From the NCBI GenBank assembly GCA_009103225.1, contig RHPI01000026.1:939103-1003102 (forward strand): a stretch of DNA of 64,000 bases, in the 5' to 3' direction. The translations under genes were made by a program, and so were the position numbers. Position 1 is the stretch's first letter; each line of letters opens with the position of its first letter. The stretch is from Chlorokybus atmophyticus (lineage: Eukaryota; Plantae; Mesostigma and Chlorokybus algae). Shown one piece after another: positions 50,199 through 63,558 of this stretch. The notes below the pieces were generated by a model that saw nothing but the letters and a program-made list of their open reading frames with translations, did not search any database and was not told where the DNA came from.

Positions 50199-52324
50199 AT
50201 GCCTACCGAGGCCACTCCTGCGTTCGAGGTGGGCGGCGCTCCCACCAAGCAGTTTCTGTCTCCGGAGTACGTCCTGCACGAGATCGGACACCTCAACGCG
50301 CACAGGGTCTGGAGCCTGTCCGTGCCGAAAATCATAGTGAGTGGGAAGAGTGTCGAGCTTCACGACTCGCATGCGCACATACATCAACACAAGTGTACGC
50401 ATGCATATTCAGATACGTACACACAGTGACTCATGCACGCATACACGCAGCGCAGTTGCATACACGGCTCTCAGCACTCTCAGCAACAGATACGAACATG
50501 CACAAGTATGAGCACCTGCACAAACATGAGCATTTGGTCTCACAGGTGCGTGCTGTCATGGCTGGCGCTTTCATCACTCTGGGCGCCCTTTTTGCTGTGC
50601 TTCTGTCCACGGGGGTGACCGCGCCGGGGCCGATGAGACTCATGGAAGGACTGGTAAGTACTACACCACACTGATAATAGCTGCATCGGCATCAATTCAA
50701 GTTGTGGGAACACACGCGCGCATGTGCGTGTGTTTGCGTTTATGGGCGCATGTGAGTGTTCGTGCATGCGATTGTGCGTGTACGCATGCACGCCCGTGCC
50801 TGCGCGCACATGCGCGCGTGCGCATGTGTGCGTAAACGCGCGTGCGAGTGCATGTGTGTGCGTGCGTGTGCGTGTGCGCGTGCGCATGCGCGTGTGCGTG
50901 TGCGTGTGTGCGTAACTGCCATCACTTGCACTCATCGTTGTGTGATCACTCTGCAGGGTTTTTCCGCCGGTTACTTCTTCGTGTTCCTGTCGCACTCCCT
51001 TCTCTTCACCGAAGCCAATGTACGTACCGCTGCATTGACAGTGATGCATAAGGGCATGAGTGAGTGGTTCATAATGCAATCACTGGGAAACGAGATCAGA
51101 GCATGACCATGTGTTGACAGCACTCATCCGCTGTCACGCACAAGTGATGATACTCATGGATCAGGGTGTGTGCATTGATGTACGTGTGTGCATGTCTACT
51201 TAAGTGTGCACGCAAGTGTGCTTTCGTGCCTGCGCTTGTTGACATCTATGAGTGTGTGTGGGTGGGTGCGAGCACTTGCACGCGTTGGCACTCTCATATA
51301 CACGTAAATGCGAACGCACGCACTTGCACGCACACACATATATACATGCACACACACGTGCACATACAGGTGGTCATGCCGACAGCCTTCATAGTTAGCC
51401 AGGACAAGCGGCGGATATATTGGCGTGTTTTGGTCTTCTGGACGCTGGCCTTCGCAGGCAACTTCCTCGGCTGCTTCGTCATGGGACTCGCCGTACACGC
51501 AAGCCAGTTCTACCCAGAAGACGTGCGTGTGTGGTAAATTGATACATATATGATCGTACGAACCAAAAGGACACTCTATGCGTGCAGGTGTATAGTACTT
51601 TGCAGGAGATAGTCGGTTTGAAGATGCAGTACATGGCTGTGGGCGGTGTTGGCTCGTGGTTCCGCATCGTGTTGTCGGGGCTTTTCGCCAACTGGTTGAT
51701 AGGTGAGTTAGGTTTGCACATTGGCTTAGTAGCACTAGCGTGCAGGAATGTTTGTTTCTGCAGTTGTGCTGACTTATGATGTTGCTGAATGACAGGCATG
51801 GCAGCGCTATTTGCCGTCATGGGTAGGACAATCATAGGTGAGCTCGCAATAGACATGCTTTTTGGCTACGAGGACACACATATAGAGATATGCATGTGCA
51901 TGTGCACACGTGAACATGCGGGCATATACCCTCACGCGAGCATCCACGCTTACACACACATGCACACCTACGTGCATACAGACGAGCGCGCACATGCACA
52001 TACACGTACGCACACTCTTCAAAGTGCCGTCTGTCTCCCTTTCTTTTTTCTGAACCTCACACCTCCCCAGGCATGTTTGTTCCCGTGTGGCTCGCCGTGA
52101 CCGCCTTCACCGCCGCCAATTTCCAGCACTGTCCCGCCAACATGGGGTTCTTCGGTCTGGCGATGCCGATGGGGGTGGGACCCGGTTGGGGCCACGCCAT
52201 CGTGTGGAACATGATACCCGCCGCCATAGGGAACATCATCGGGGGGACGTTCCTCGTCACGCTGCCGCTGTGGTACTCGCTCGCGGTGCACCCGGACCAG
52301 GTCAACATGGAAACCATCATCTAG
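50199..52324 (+). CDS. Formate/nitrite transporter (FNT, NAR1-like), ~7 exons
   Basis: RAVMAGAFITLGALF, LFTEAN, FAGNFLGC, GLFANWLIG, FQHCPANMGFF, WNMIPAAIGNIIGG. An upstream first exon cannot be excluded. Confidence 0.9.
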
Positions 52325-53033
52325 GGGGTTGTCTTTTGATGGCCACAAGAAGATGACCACATGAAAGGAGGCAAGGAGGCGTCTCGCTTTGCTCCTTTCC
52401 GTTGTTGTTGGGGGTGTATGAGAGAAATTAGTGGTTATCTTGAGAGTATCTTGAGAGTAGATGGGCTCTGTCCATTCTTGACTCTGATGTGTAGATGCAC
52501 AATTGGATGGGTGGCCAATTTCTGTTGCACGATAGTGGACACGACAGTGCACCCAGGAGGAAAGTCGGGTTGTGTGATTCTTGAAAACAATTGTCAGCGA
52601 GGGATGGAAATGCAACAGCAATGTTGATATTGCTGAGCTACGAACAAGCCATCTGAGGTATTGTCGTGCCAAGTAGTAGTGTGGCTGCGGGGATATCCAC
52701 GCATTAGAAAAGCACGCAGATGTGACATGGATCACTTAGCAGGTAACAAGATGTTGCCAGTTGTGATGCATCAAAGCGCACAAGCGCTGCACACAAGTTG
52801 CAGCCCATTGAGTGAAGTCACACCTTACATATAAGTATCCAATCTGCTTAGCTGGAGCACTGCAGGCACCCTACATACCACTAGTCCTCCAGCATATTGG
52901 TAACTGAACATAAAGGTCAGCCCCACATCAGCACAGTCTTCGCAACTCGCTGCTGACAGGTCTGTATTTGACAAGCTATCTACATGCTACATACTGCTTG
53001 GAATGGTGTTGCACAACAGCAATCATTTAATCC

Positions 53034-56000
53034 TCACTTAAGCATTGACTCAATGAGCGCGCTGTGCCGCTCCGCTATGATGCTCCGCTTCATTTTAAGC
53101 GTGGGCGTGAGCGTGCCACTGTCAATGGAGAACGCTTCATCTATGATCCTGAACCCGCCGAACCTCTCTTTGGTCGTGCGCTTGATGACCGCACCCAACT
53201 TGGACTCGAGCTCCGCTTTTATCAACTGATGCAACTTGTCAGTTTCGACATCTTCACCAACTTGAGACCTAATCTCATCCTTGTCTGGAACGATGAGTGC
53301 TCCGAGCCTGCGCTTGTCCTGGCCCACAATCATGATCTGTTTGATGAAAGGGGAGGCCAGCGCGGCCTCCTCCAGCGGGACCGGCTCGACGTTCTCGCCG
53401 TTGCTCAGCACGATTGTGTCCTTCTGCCGGCCCGCCAGCACGAGCATGCCGCCGGCGTGTCTTGCGGCCAACGGAAGGGCGGAGGTGGGAGTCAACCAGC
53501 CTAGATCGCCCGTGTCAAACCAGCCGTCGGTGTCGATCACGCGCGCTGTTGCAGCGTCGTCGTGATAGTAACCGCGCATGATCTGAACAGAGGTCAGCGT
53601 GTCATGTGAAGTCCTGTACATGTATGTGTGTTGATGCATGATCAGTGTACCTGAGGGCCGCGTGCCTGTACAACCCCTTGTGAGCCGGCCGGCAAAGGGG
53701 TGCGCATTTCCGCATCAATCACCCGTATCTGCGTGCCTGGAATTGGCGGGCCGACTGTGCCTGCCACATTGCACTCATCCCGCCTCACAGCCAGCACGGG
53801 TGAAGTCTCCGTAAGACCATACCTGTTGTTGCCACAAGTGAGACAACATGACTGGTGAAGAACAACATGAGGGGTGGCACGCAGACATGTGTGTACAAGT
53901 TCATGTGCGTGTGCGTGCGTGCGCGTGTGCAAGTTTACCCGTTAAGGAGTGTGATGCCAACAGTGCTGAAGAAATCATCAACATGGCGAGGTAAGCTCCC
54001 GCCGCCACATATGGCTCGCTTGCGAATGCCGAGAGCTGAGCGTATCTTGCTGTACACGAGCTTGTCGCCGATAGCGTGGACGGGCCAGAGCAACAGCGCA
54101 AGCATGCAAGCGCCCACAAACCGCAGGTTTTCGAGTACAGCTGGCGGTGCCTCCTCTTGCAAGCTGCGCCGTAGTGCCGGTAATGACAGCCCCTGTGCTG
54201 CGCGCTTGCACTGCACAAATATCGCGCTCACCGCAAAGAATAGAGCCGCTATGCGTTGACGCACCTTCGAGGCCGTGGCCAACCTCTTCTGCACGTTACT
54301 GCACCAAATAACAACATGTGTCGGTTGCAAGCGTGCAGCAAGCAGCAGTTGCTATGCGGCACATGTTTGAAACAACATTGCGCTTACTTGTAGAGTGTTT
54401 CAAAGACGAGTGGCACTGCGACAAAGTAATCAGGTGGGTGTGCAGCCAGGTCCTGCTTGAAGTTGAGCACGGAGGTATATACAAGGCGCATGCCTCGAGA
54501 GGCAACAAAGAGCTCGCAGGAGCGTTCGTACATGTGCCACGAGGGCAGCAAGCACAGCAGCGCGTCCCCCGAGTTGGGGTTGATGGCAACCCTGTAGGCT
54601 GAAACTTGGTGCATAAGATTGGCTTGCGTCAATGCCACACCCTTGGGATATCCGGATGTGCCACTGGTGTACGCAATGGTTGCCACATCACGAGGGTGTC
54701 CCTTGGGTAGTTGCGCATCTGACACAAACAAGTCAAACGCTCAATCACTTGTGTCATAGCTAACTGCCACAGCAGCCAACCTGCAGATGCTATGACACGG
54801 TTCAACAAACTACTTCTGTTCAAGCAATGCAACACAAGTGTGCTTGCACGCTTACAGATTCATGCATCTTGGAGGAGCGATCAGCAAGCAAAGCAAGCTG
54901 GATAACCATAATGCAGCAAGTCTAGCACACCGAGCGAAATTGACTATCTCGACGACTTACTGGGACTGTTGGCTATGGCTGCAGCCCCCGCTTCAAGAAG
55001 CTCCTCAAATGACATAACTGGAAATCTTGGCTGACATACACGAAACAAATAGTTGAAGGCAGGCTCTCAACCGGGGNNNNNNNNNNNNNNNNNNNNNNNN
55101 NNNNNNNNNNNNNNNNNNNNNNNNNNNNNNNNNNNNNNNNNNGGGGGGGGAAGGGAGTGTAGCTTAGATGCTGTGGCACTGCTGCCCTTTGTCTCTCCCA
55201 AACCAAGTACCTAACGAATGTCGGTGACACACTCTAAGAATGCACGACTGCTGCATGCTTCCATTCACCATGCTGCTGTAAATCGTGACGAGACACAAGG
55301 TCACCTGATGGCCTGATGTGACTTGCTTCTACTCTCAATTGAACTAGCACTGCTGTTGTGTAACATTTTGCACTTCCGTGACGCAGCTACAATAGTCAAA
55401 CAAAACACAAGCACAACACAAACACAACTACTGGTGGACTCTACCAACGGACACCACCGCCGGGATGCCGTCCATGTGAAAATGCCAATGTCGCTTGTGA
55501 CAGGAGAATGATGTGACTGCTATAGATATACCGACAAGAACGCGCTAGCTAGGTCCGTGCGAGATGATCATCACCGAAACGTGAAACAAATGTCACATCG
55601 CATGCCAACGTGTATGCTGCAATATGCGTTACGAATCCCACAACTTGATGGCCGTGCGTGCTGAGCGCACCTGGGTGTCGGGCTTGTCGCCCCACAGAAG
55701 CACTGCAAACTTCACAGCAGTGGTGCTATCCAACTTTGAAGTCACCTTTTCAAGAGCTGTTGCATCCTCCGCCACCAGGGCAGTGCTGGCAAATCACACA
55801 AGTTGGCCAAGTTGTTGCAATTTGCTCACCAGCTAGCTCTAGGTGATAATCAGTCATGCTCACCACTCTGCCTTTCCAAAGAGGTATGCAAGCTCGTCTG
55901 CCGGGACTTTTGACCCTCGCACGGCGTCAATGGCACCACAAGCCATGATTCCTACGACACCGAACAAAACAACAATGTGTCAGCATCATGAATTGTCACT

Positions 56001-56794
56001 TGAGGTGTCACACAGAGGCATAAACTGACCCTGATCAGCAATGAGCCACCGATGGGAGTTTTCCGAAAAGAGAGCAATAGTGTCTCCCCGCTGAATGCCG
56101 TTCGCGCGCAGTCCCCATGCAAATTTGCGCATGCATTCCCACAACTCTGCGTAGGTGAGCTGCTTGCCCCCTCTATGCGGGTCGTACGTCGCCACCAGAC
56201 TGCCGAACCGCTTGGCGCAAGTCTCAAACACCTCCGGTATGGTCGTCCATTCCACCTCAGTAGACTCGTTGCTGGAGACAACCCCGGTGTCATCCTCCTC
56301 AGTGGGCGCGCCGCTCACATGCAGGGGGTACTGGCCATCCGTCTTCTCGTGTGTGCCGTGCAGCTCACGTTGTATGCTTGCAGAGGATGATGGCGACTCG
56401 TGAGCTGACCGCTCCTGCGTGTGGATTACAAACAGAGTGTGCTAGAGGACAGCAAGCAACGAATAGCGTGTCTAGCTGCTCGTGCGTAGTGTTACACATG
56501 GCTGAAGCAGTCTGAGAGTATGTAAACCGTGAACTAAGATGTTACCGCAATGCAAGACGTAGGTAGGCGCTGGTGTCTACTGCGTCGCCGCCGGCTCTGA
56601 CTACGCTGCGCTCCAGCATCCAGTAAGATCGGGCTTGAGCAATTAGGCAAGGAGGAAGAGGAGGCAGATGACGGGACAGCAGCAGGCCGCGCTCTCTGCC
56701 GCACGCCATCAACCCGACTGACCACCTCGCATTGAGGCCTGAACAACAACCTGGAACTCGCGACTATGCCGGCAGCGGCGGCGGCGGCAGCCAT
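53034..56794 (-). CDS. Long-chain acyl-CoA/ACP synthetase (plastid AAE15/16-like); an assembly gap lies in an intron region
   Basis: ALFSENSHRWLIADQG, YTSGTSGYPKGV, GGGSLP, GYGLTETSP, GWFDTGDLG, GRQKDTIVLSNGENVEP, GTLTPTLKMKR. Ala/Ser/Arg-rich N-terminus. Confidence 0.93.
55077..55141. other. Assembly gap (N run) within a G tract
   Basis: N characters flanked by G runs. Confidence 1.
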
Positions 56795-57475
56795 GGCTGC
56801 AACCTACTAAGCAGACAAGCAAGCCCAGAGGTGGCACCACTACTACTGGGCAACTCAATCTATCCGCAACATCATCCAATCCCTCCTCACACAAGTCAAC
56901 AGCAACCAACAGGCAACAGCGCCGCCAACCCGCTCTCCTCTGCAGGCGCACGCCGCCCCGCACTGCGTTGAACCACGTCGCCGCCCACACCCAAGAGGAG
57001 GGAAGACGGCACACAGCACTGAAACGTGATTACAATTGTTCACACACATTTGTCAATAGACACCCTTTTCTCAATTGGAGAATTTGGCGGTTTTCTCTCC
57101 AAACAATATAACGCTTATATGGTTTGACATTGTAATGCACTGTGGGACAGTGCGAATGCATACTGAGACCAAGTTGCAATGCTCTGTTTAGTTGGGGTTT
57201 ATCCCTTTGCCTTTTGGTGGACTTGTTGAAAAACCTTTGTTATTCTTGCTGACTTTTCCTTTTTTCGCCCCTTGAAGGGCATTCCGTGTTTTCCGTAGGC
57301 TTTGTCAGAGATCGACGTCGAGGTATCTTGTGCTTATCGCTTCGCATCCGTGACGCCGGAGCGGCCGCAGCCGTCGGATCCGTTATGGGTCTGACACTTA
57401 TCCAGTCGCGTGCTGGGCGCATGTATGCGCCGACCATTGACAGCTTGACTGAGTCAGCGGTCGGCTGATGTGCAA

Positions 57476-57484
57476 TTAGGGTTT
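57476..57484 (+). promoter_or_regulatory. Telo-box (TTAGGGTTT) upstream of RPB8
   Basis: Exact motif ~65 bp before the ATG at 57550. Confidence 0.45.
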
Positions 57485-57549
57485 GCTGAGAAAGTTGCCG
57501 TTGTGCTTGCCGCCGCTGGCGGCGGCGGCGGCGGCGGCGGGACGGTGAC

Positions 57550-58575
57550 ATGGCGTCCGGCCAGGTCGGCAAGGTCGTGCTGTTTGAGGACATATTTGAT
57601 GTCCTGGATAAGGATCCTGACGGCAAGAAGTTTGACCGCGGTGGGTAGCAGCTATGCTAGCACTGCCTCGCACAATATGCATGTGTCTTCAGTTTTGCAT
57701 GCATGCTTGCTGCGACAAGCTGGCAATTGGCATGCATTCACCATTCATTACAGTGGTTGCAATGTGGTGTATGCACGAGAGATGCGTCAGCAATACACAT
57801 CTCAGCAGTATAATGGCAACGCAGTCGTGTTGTGTGTAACGCTGGTGCATTGTGCACTGTTTGTCTCCAGTCTCCAGAGTGCGATGCCGCAGCGACTACT
57901 ACGAGATGGAGTGCCTGCTAGACATAAATATTGACATCTACCCTGTAGAGGTGAGTGCAAGTAGCATGTTGTCAAGCATGCAATCTGCGTGTCAGCCAGC
58001 ATGCAGCTAGCTTAACACTGGCATGTATGCGTGTAAATCTTGTTAGGTTGGTGAAAAGTTGGCTCTTGCGCTGGCAAGCACTCTTGACTTGAATGCCACG
58101 CCTGATGAAGGCACGTTTGACCAGGTACACGACCAGCACGTGCAATGATGTGTGTACTTCAGTTGCCTATTCTATAGCTATTGCTTCATGTAAACAAGCT
58201 GACACTAGCTTGCTCTGGATACGCTCTTGCTTGCGACTGCTTGTTGTCTACTCATATAAAAGCTTTGTTATGAAGTCTGGCAATCCTTCCCTTGCGGACA
58301 AGTACGAGTACGTGATGTATGGAAAGCTTTACAAGTACGCCGATGACTCATCTGGAGGCCAGCCCAAAGTGTGAGTGCTTGCAGTCAAATTGTGGTATTC
58401 ACAATATGGCATTTCAACGCACACATCCTTGTTGAAATGACTGTTGTTTGTCCACCACAGAGAGGTATACATGTCATTCGGCGGGTTGTTGATGATGCTA
58501 AAGGGCGATCCACGTAACCTGCAGAACCTTGACTTGGACCAAAGGTTGTACTTATTGTTACGTAAGATTGCGTGA
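57550..58575 (+). CDS. RPB8: RNA polymerase I/II/III shared subunit RPB8 (RPABC3), 5 exons
   Basis: Exons 57550-57640, 57871-57950, 58047-58124, 58276-58370, 58461-58575. Motifs [51 protein letters not shown]. Confidence 0.97.
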
Positions 58576-59553
58576 TGATGCATGTGTTGTTGAGTAGTCT
58601 GGCAGTAGTCCTGTAGTTGCTGAAGGTTTCAATAAGTATGCAGTTGCTGCATGTAGCATATGGTTTGCTCGCATGGCTCCCTGTCATTACCACACGAGGC
58701 TGCTTGTGGCTAATCATACATCATGCTGAGCACAATGCAGCGTCGACATTGTGTGCACGAGCACACACTGCACTGAGGTACTCTTGCTTGTTCTGGATGC
58801 TTTTGCGGCGACCAATCAGCACGCGTTTCTTTGCTGTCTGGTTTCCACGCACTTGCACGCATCTTCTTTTTGTAAGCACTCTAACCGGTCTCATGGTTGT
58901 GCATACAGCGCTCCGTACCCACAGGTGGCTCATTACGCACCACTGCTTTGCCTGCCCTGCCCCGCCCTGCTCACCCGCCTTCACCCTCCCCCTTGCACGC
59001 ACTTAGCTACGGCACGTAGCTATTCCTGCCCCTGCCTTGATTCTATTGCCCGCTTGCTGTTGTGCGTGTGTAGAGAGTGTGAGTGTGAAGTGTTTGAGTG
59101 TGCTTCCGCGGTACTGGATAGCTCATACAGCACAACTTATTGCGTCACCCGCTCAGCGCACAATTATACATTGTGCTTCGCTTTTGTGTCGCGTACGCAT
59201 TGCCAACATGTTGTCAAGTGCAACCTTAGGCACGGCATGGCAGCACAATGAAGCAAAGCACACCCCACTGCTGTGACCATTGTCAAAAGCAGGACCAGAT
59301 AAAAACATATGAGCACAACACTTCACACATTCTCATGCATGCCACAATTCTTGCATACTATATACAGTCCAGTTAGTGAAGGGTCTGTAATCGCGAGTTT
59401 GGGAGAAACCATGCCTTGTGTTTATTGTGGGTAGGTAAAGGGAGGTGCAAGCGCATTAGGAGGAGCATGCGGCGGCGACCAGGCCGTAGGCTGCGGCCTG
59501 GTTAGCATGTAGAGCGGCTCGGGAGCGGCTTTGGGGGCTATTGATTGGTTGGG

Positions 59554-59562
59554 TTAGGGTTT
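59554..59562 (+). promoter_or_regulatory. Telo-box (TTAGGGTTT) upstream of the DUO3-like gene
   Basis: Exact motif ~32 bp before the ATG at 59594. Confidence 0.45.
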
Positions 59563-59593
59563 CCTTGCTGCCCCTGGCCGGCAGGAGCATAGC

Positions 59594-62500
59594 ATGGCCG
59601 CTAGCAGCGACGGCGCTGAGGAGGCTGCTGTGGAGGAGGAGGAGGAGGAGGAGGAGGGCTGTGGGCTAGGCTCCGCCTCCCAGTTGGAGCCAGCGCCGTG
59701 GTCTGTGACGTCGCGGCCGTCCGGGTCGTCCGCCTCCGCAGCCGGCGACGACCAGCCACCTGCTGCAGGAGCCCCCCAAGAAGTATATGCTTTGTTTCAC
59801 AACGGCTTCCCTTCCTGCTGTATGCAATTGACAACAACCAATCTGCGACTCGCGCAATTGGCATTTACAGATATTGCGAACGAAATGTAGTCTCACACAC
59901 AATATGGTTGCCAGGGTGAAGCCATGTCCAAGCATGCTCGCACCAGGTATGCTCAGCAAACGTTTGACAAGTAGGCGTCAAAACCCGTTAGACTACATGG
60001 CAGTCGCTTTGTTACCACATTTTAACAATGAGTGCATGCTGTGTGCGTGTGTCCAGCAGTGCTGCAAGGCGTGGAGTCAGTGTTCGCGGGCGAGGAGGAC
60101 AGCCGCGTGTGCAGCAGACCAGTACGCATGTTTCAAATCACCAATGGTAGCTACTGCTGAAAGCTTAGCTTCTTGAGATTTGGTTTGAAGTTCTCCAGCA
60201 GCTTACATACCATGCGAAAGCTTCTGTCCCACATGTGCGTGTGTGTGCTGTGTACGTCGCACCCACACACAACTCGTCTTGCGTATGGGCGGCAGCGCAG
60301 GTGACAATGCCGAGCCACAGCCTGCTAACAATGATGGTGAGCTGAGACACACACGCACGCACGCACACACATGCACATGCCCGCCGGCACACATGCACGC
60401 ATGCACCCAACGACGCACGCACGCGCACCTACGCACACTCTGCTGGCGTGCACGAGCACGCAAGGTGTGCACGTGCACGCAAGGTGTGCACGTGTGTGCT
60501 CGTGGGGGGTGGTTGTGCGCACCCATGCACATGCACGCACGGACGCTCATTTGTGCAAGCACAGACGCGTGCACACAAATACAGCCCATCACACTGTCAT
60601 GGCATTGAGCTGTGCCTTCAACAACCTACCACAATCTACATGCGCAGTCAAGATGAAGAAGAAGCTCGGGAGACCGCGGCAGCGGCGTTCAAGTCCCTTG
60701 AAGCCACATCGTCCAAGCAAGCTTGCAGTCAAACCAACCCCCGTCACCCCAACGGCACCCATCGTGCCGTCTCACCCAATCTTCCTAGCAAAGCAGGTGA
60801 GGAGTGGTTGCTGCTTGACACCCAACTTGCTATAACAATTCTATTCACTTTGCTCACAATGCTCGAGGTTCGACTGGCAGGTTGGGCAGCTGTACTGCAT
60901 GCTTCATGAGGTCAGTTGTTTTGCTACTGTGCAATTACGTGCACATGTGTGTTCATGGTTCTAGTTGTCTCATGTCTGTCATGTTGGTTTGTTGTCCTGC
61001 AGCATGTCCAGTTGCTTCTCCAGGTGTTTGCGCTCGCCGCTCGCGACCGCAGCACGGAGATAGTCTCAAAGACGCATCAGCTGATCGTAAGCTACCTGTT
61101 GGTTGTGTTATAGGTGCCTGGCAGTCCATGCCATGAGGCAGTAGTGTACGCCTACCACAAATGAGCCGTAACTGCGTGCCCTGCCACATACAGGTTCAAC
61201 TGCTCGAAGCACGCTCCTTCCATCTTGCGCACTACAATTTTGGCTACGCTTTCCCACCTGAATGCGTGAGTATGCGCTGTGTGACAACGACATCATCACC
61301 ATCAGCAGCAAAAGCATGTGTACACTGCCGAGTGTGTGTTTCATTGCCTCGTGTGCATCCAGTTTCGTCCTCCAAACACGCAAGCATCCGTTCCATTCCA
61401 TGACACCGCATTGTTCCCGCCCGCACGGCAACAGCTCGTTGCCGACTCGCCCGTGTGGCAACATCCCGTTGCCGACCCCGCATTGCTTCATACTACACCC
61501 GCCTCAACACAAGCGTGCCCTGGCACATGGAGCCCACATATCAATGGCTCAGGCCACGCTGTCTCCGTGCTCGACGTCGCGCCATTGCGCATCGCAGCAG
61601 AGTTCCTTGCAGAAATGGCCACAGGTGTGTTGCTGTTGCTGTTGTTGTTGTCATGCACGCTGCATTGGGGTGCAAGTGTTTTGCATTGGGTGGTATGTGT
61701 CTGAATTGTTATCAAAATCACTAGTGTTGTCTGTGTTTCTGCAGAGCTGCCAAGCCTTGCATCGTCTTCATCTGAGTTTGTGAACAGAGTGCCTCTGTTT
61801 GAGGTACACATTGCTCATTGAGCTATGTTGCTTCATGATGTGACAATGCGACCATTTTAACAACCACCACAATAACAACAGTTGGCTCCCAAAGAGCGCG
61901 TGAAGAGTATGGCGCCCAAGGATGGTGCAGCGAGGACGGTGACAAGGCCGAGCACAGAGCCGGTGATGGTCCCGCAGCGCATTGCCACCGCCATGAGACG
62001 CTTCCAGGACCTGTTCAACCCCCTATTGTTGCCGATCAGACCAGCCAAGAAGGACTTTGTCAAGCGCATGCTGTTCACTCCCGCAGAAGACCGGTGCGCA
62101 CGCACGCACGTGCACAAGCACACACATACACGCATGCAACTAATTGTCTTCACCTGGGGTCCTTCAAACTTAGGCTGCTGGCTTTGGGCATAGAGCGCTT
62201 TGGTGCTGACTGGAGGAAGATAGCGCAGCACTTCTTTCCAAGCAAGACCGAGCATCAGGTACTCACACACTTCGGCACACACAACACGCGGGTATGCTGT
62301 GTTGTTTTCCAGACTGTGCTTTTCACACAGCATCCTGCTGCAAACAGGTTGCTGCCAGACAGAAAAACCTGTGCTCCAGCCGTGCCGGCGACAACGTGGT
62401 GCGCGCAGCCAAGCTGAAAAACATGTCGCCACTTACCCCCGAGGTACACGCGCAGTGTTGTTTCAGCACAGGAGTTGTTGTAGTGTTGTGGTTGTTGCTT

Positions 62501-63558
62501 ATCGTTGCTTGCACAGGAGTTGAGTGTGGTGGAGCAAAGGCTGCAGTGGTTTGGCCCCGACTGGGCACGGATCTGTGAGGGTTTCCCGTACAGAGACCAT
62601 GACACGCTCAGGAGACTGTACGTCAAGGGCAAAGGTCCTGAGGCAGCGGTCCTGAAGCGCGGGAGAATGATTGGTCTCCCTCTGCCGCGGCATGTAAGAG
62701 TGTGCGTGTGTGCCTAGTGCTGTGCACAGGTGATAGAATATATATATATTTGTCGCAAACTGCAGGGCATAGCACCATCTTTGGCGGGAGCTCAGCCAAT
62801 GGCTTTGCTGCAACCTCTATACATGCCACATATGCAAGCACAGGCAAGCTGCAGTTAACAGCATCTTTGTGCTGTGGCATTTCCTGCACAACACGCTCAC
62901 ATGTCCATCTCTCTATAAACAGCCATTGTACATTCTTCCCCAGCAACCACCCCACGCGCACCCCGCCCTCTCTGCTACGCAACCTGTGCACCCGCGCGCA
63001 CAACCACCACCACCGATGATGTCGAGGCACGTGCCACCACACGCCGCTATTCAAACAGAAGGTGGGTGTTAACCACAAGAACCCATCAAAGCTTTTGTGT
63101 TTTGCTTTGGTGTATCATGTTCTTTCGCGCTGTGCAAAGCAGGTTTGAACTCGCCTGGCCGCAGTGGGCAAAGCAGCGGCTTCGTGCCATGGTCAGGTGG
63201 CAGCGGCAATGTGGACACGTTGATTGCATCACGTAGCAATGCCCGCAAGCGCCCTCAGTCCAAGTCTGAAAGGTTGCCGAAGAAGTCCAAAGCACCGGTC
63301 AGAGCAGCAACATATTTTGCAATGCCAGAGCCTCTCCCGCCTTCTGGCGGCCACATACGCATGCAAGAAGCGGGACTGGAGTTTGAGAGAGAGGAGTTGA
63401 TTGACTCTGATTCGGATACGGACATTGGTGGCGAGGAAGACTTGCAAATGGCGTGGGAGCCGCCACAGGAAGAGTTTGAGAAGGAAGAGCTGCCTGACTC
63501 TGAGGACGAGGTGTTTGAGCGTGAAGAGCTGCCGAACTCTGACTCAGATGCAGCTTGA
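59594..63558 (+). CDS. DUO3/GON4L-like nuclear protein with two Myb/SANT-like repeats and acidic termini; middle exons not fully resolved
   Basis: QHVQLLLQVFALA; RFQDLFNPLLLP..RMLFTPAEDRLLALGIERFGADWRKIAQHFFPSKTEHQVAARQKNLCSSRAGDNVVRAAKLKNMSPLTPEE..DW..PYRD, which parallels the conserved DUO3 block as I recall it. C-terminal FEREELIDSDSD repeats. Confidence 0.7.

Noticed and set aside
42300-51400. Numerous 60-200-aa His/Thr/Ala/Arg- or Cys/Val-rich ORFs
   Set aside because: These are translations of CA/TG/CGCA simple repeats filling introns.
58572-58623. Box C/D snoRNA-like GTGATGA…CTGA
   Set aside because: It overlaps the RPB8 stop codon and has no terminal stem or D'/C' boxes.
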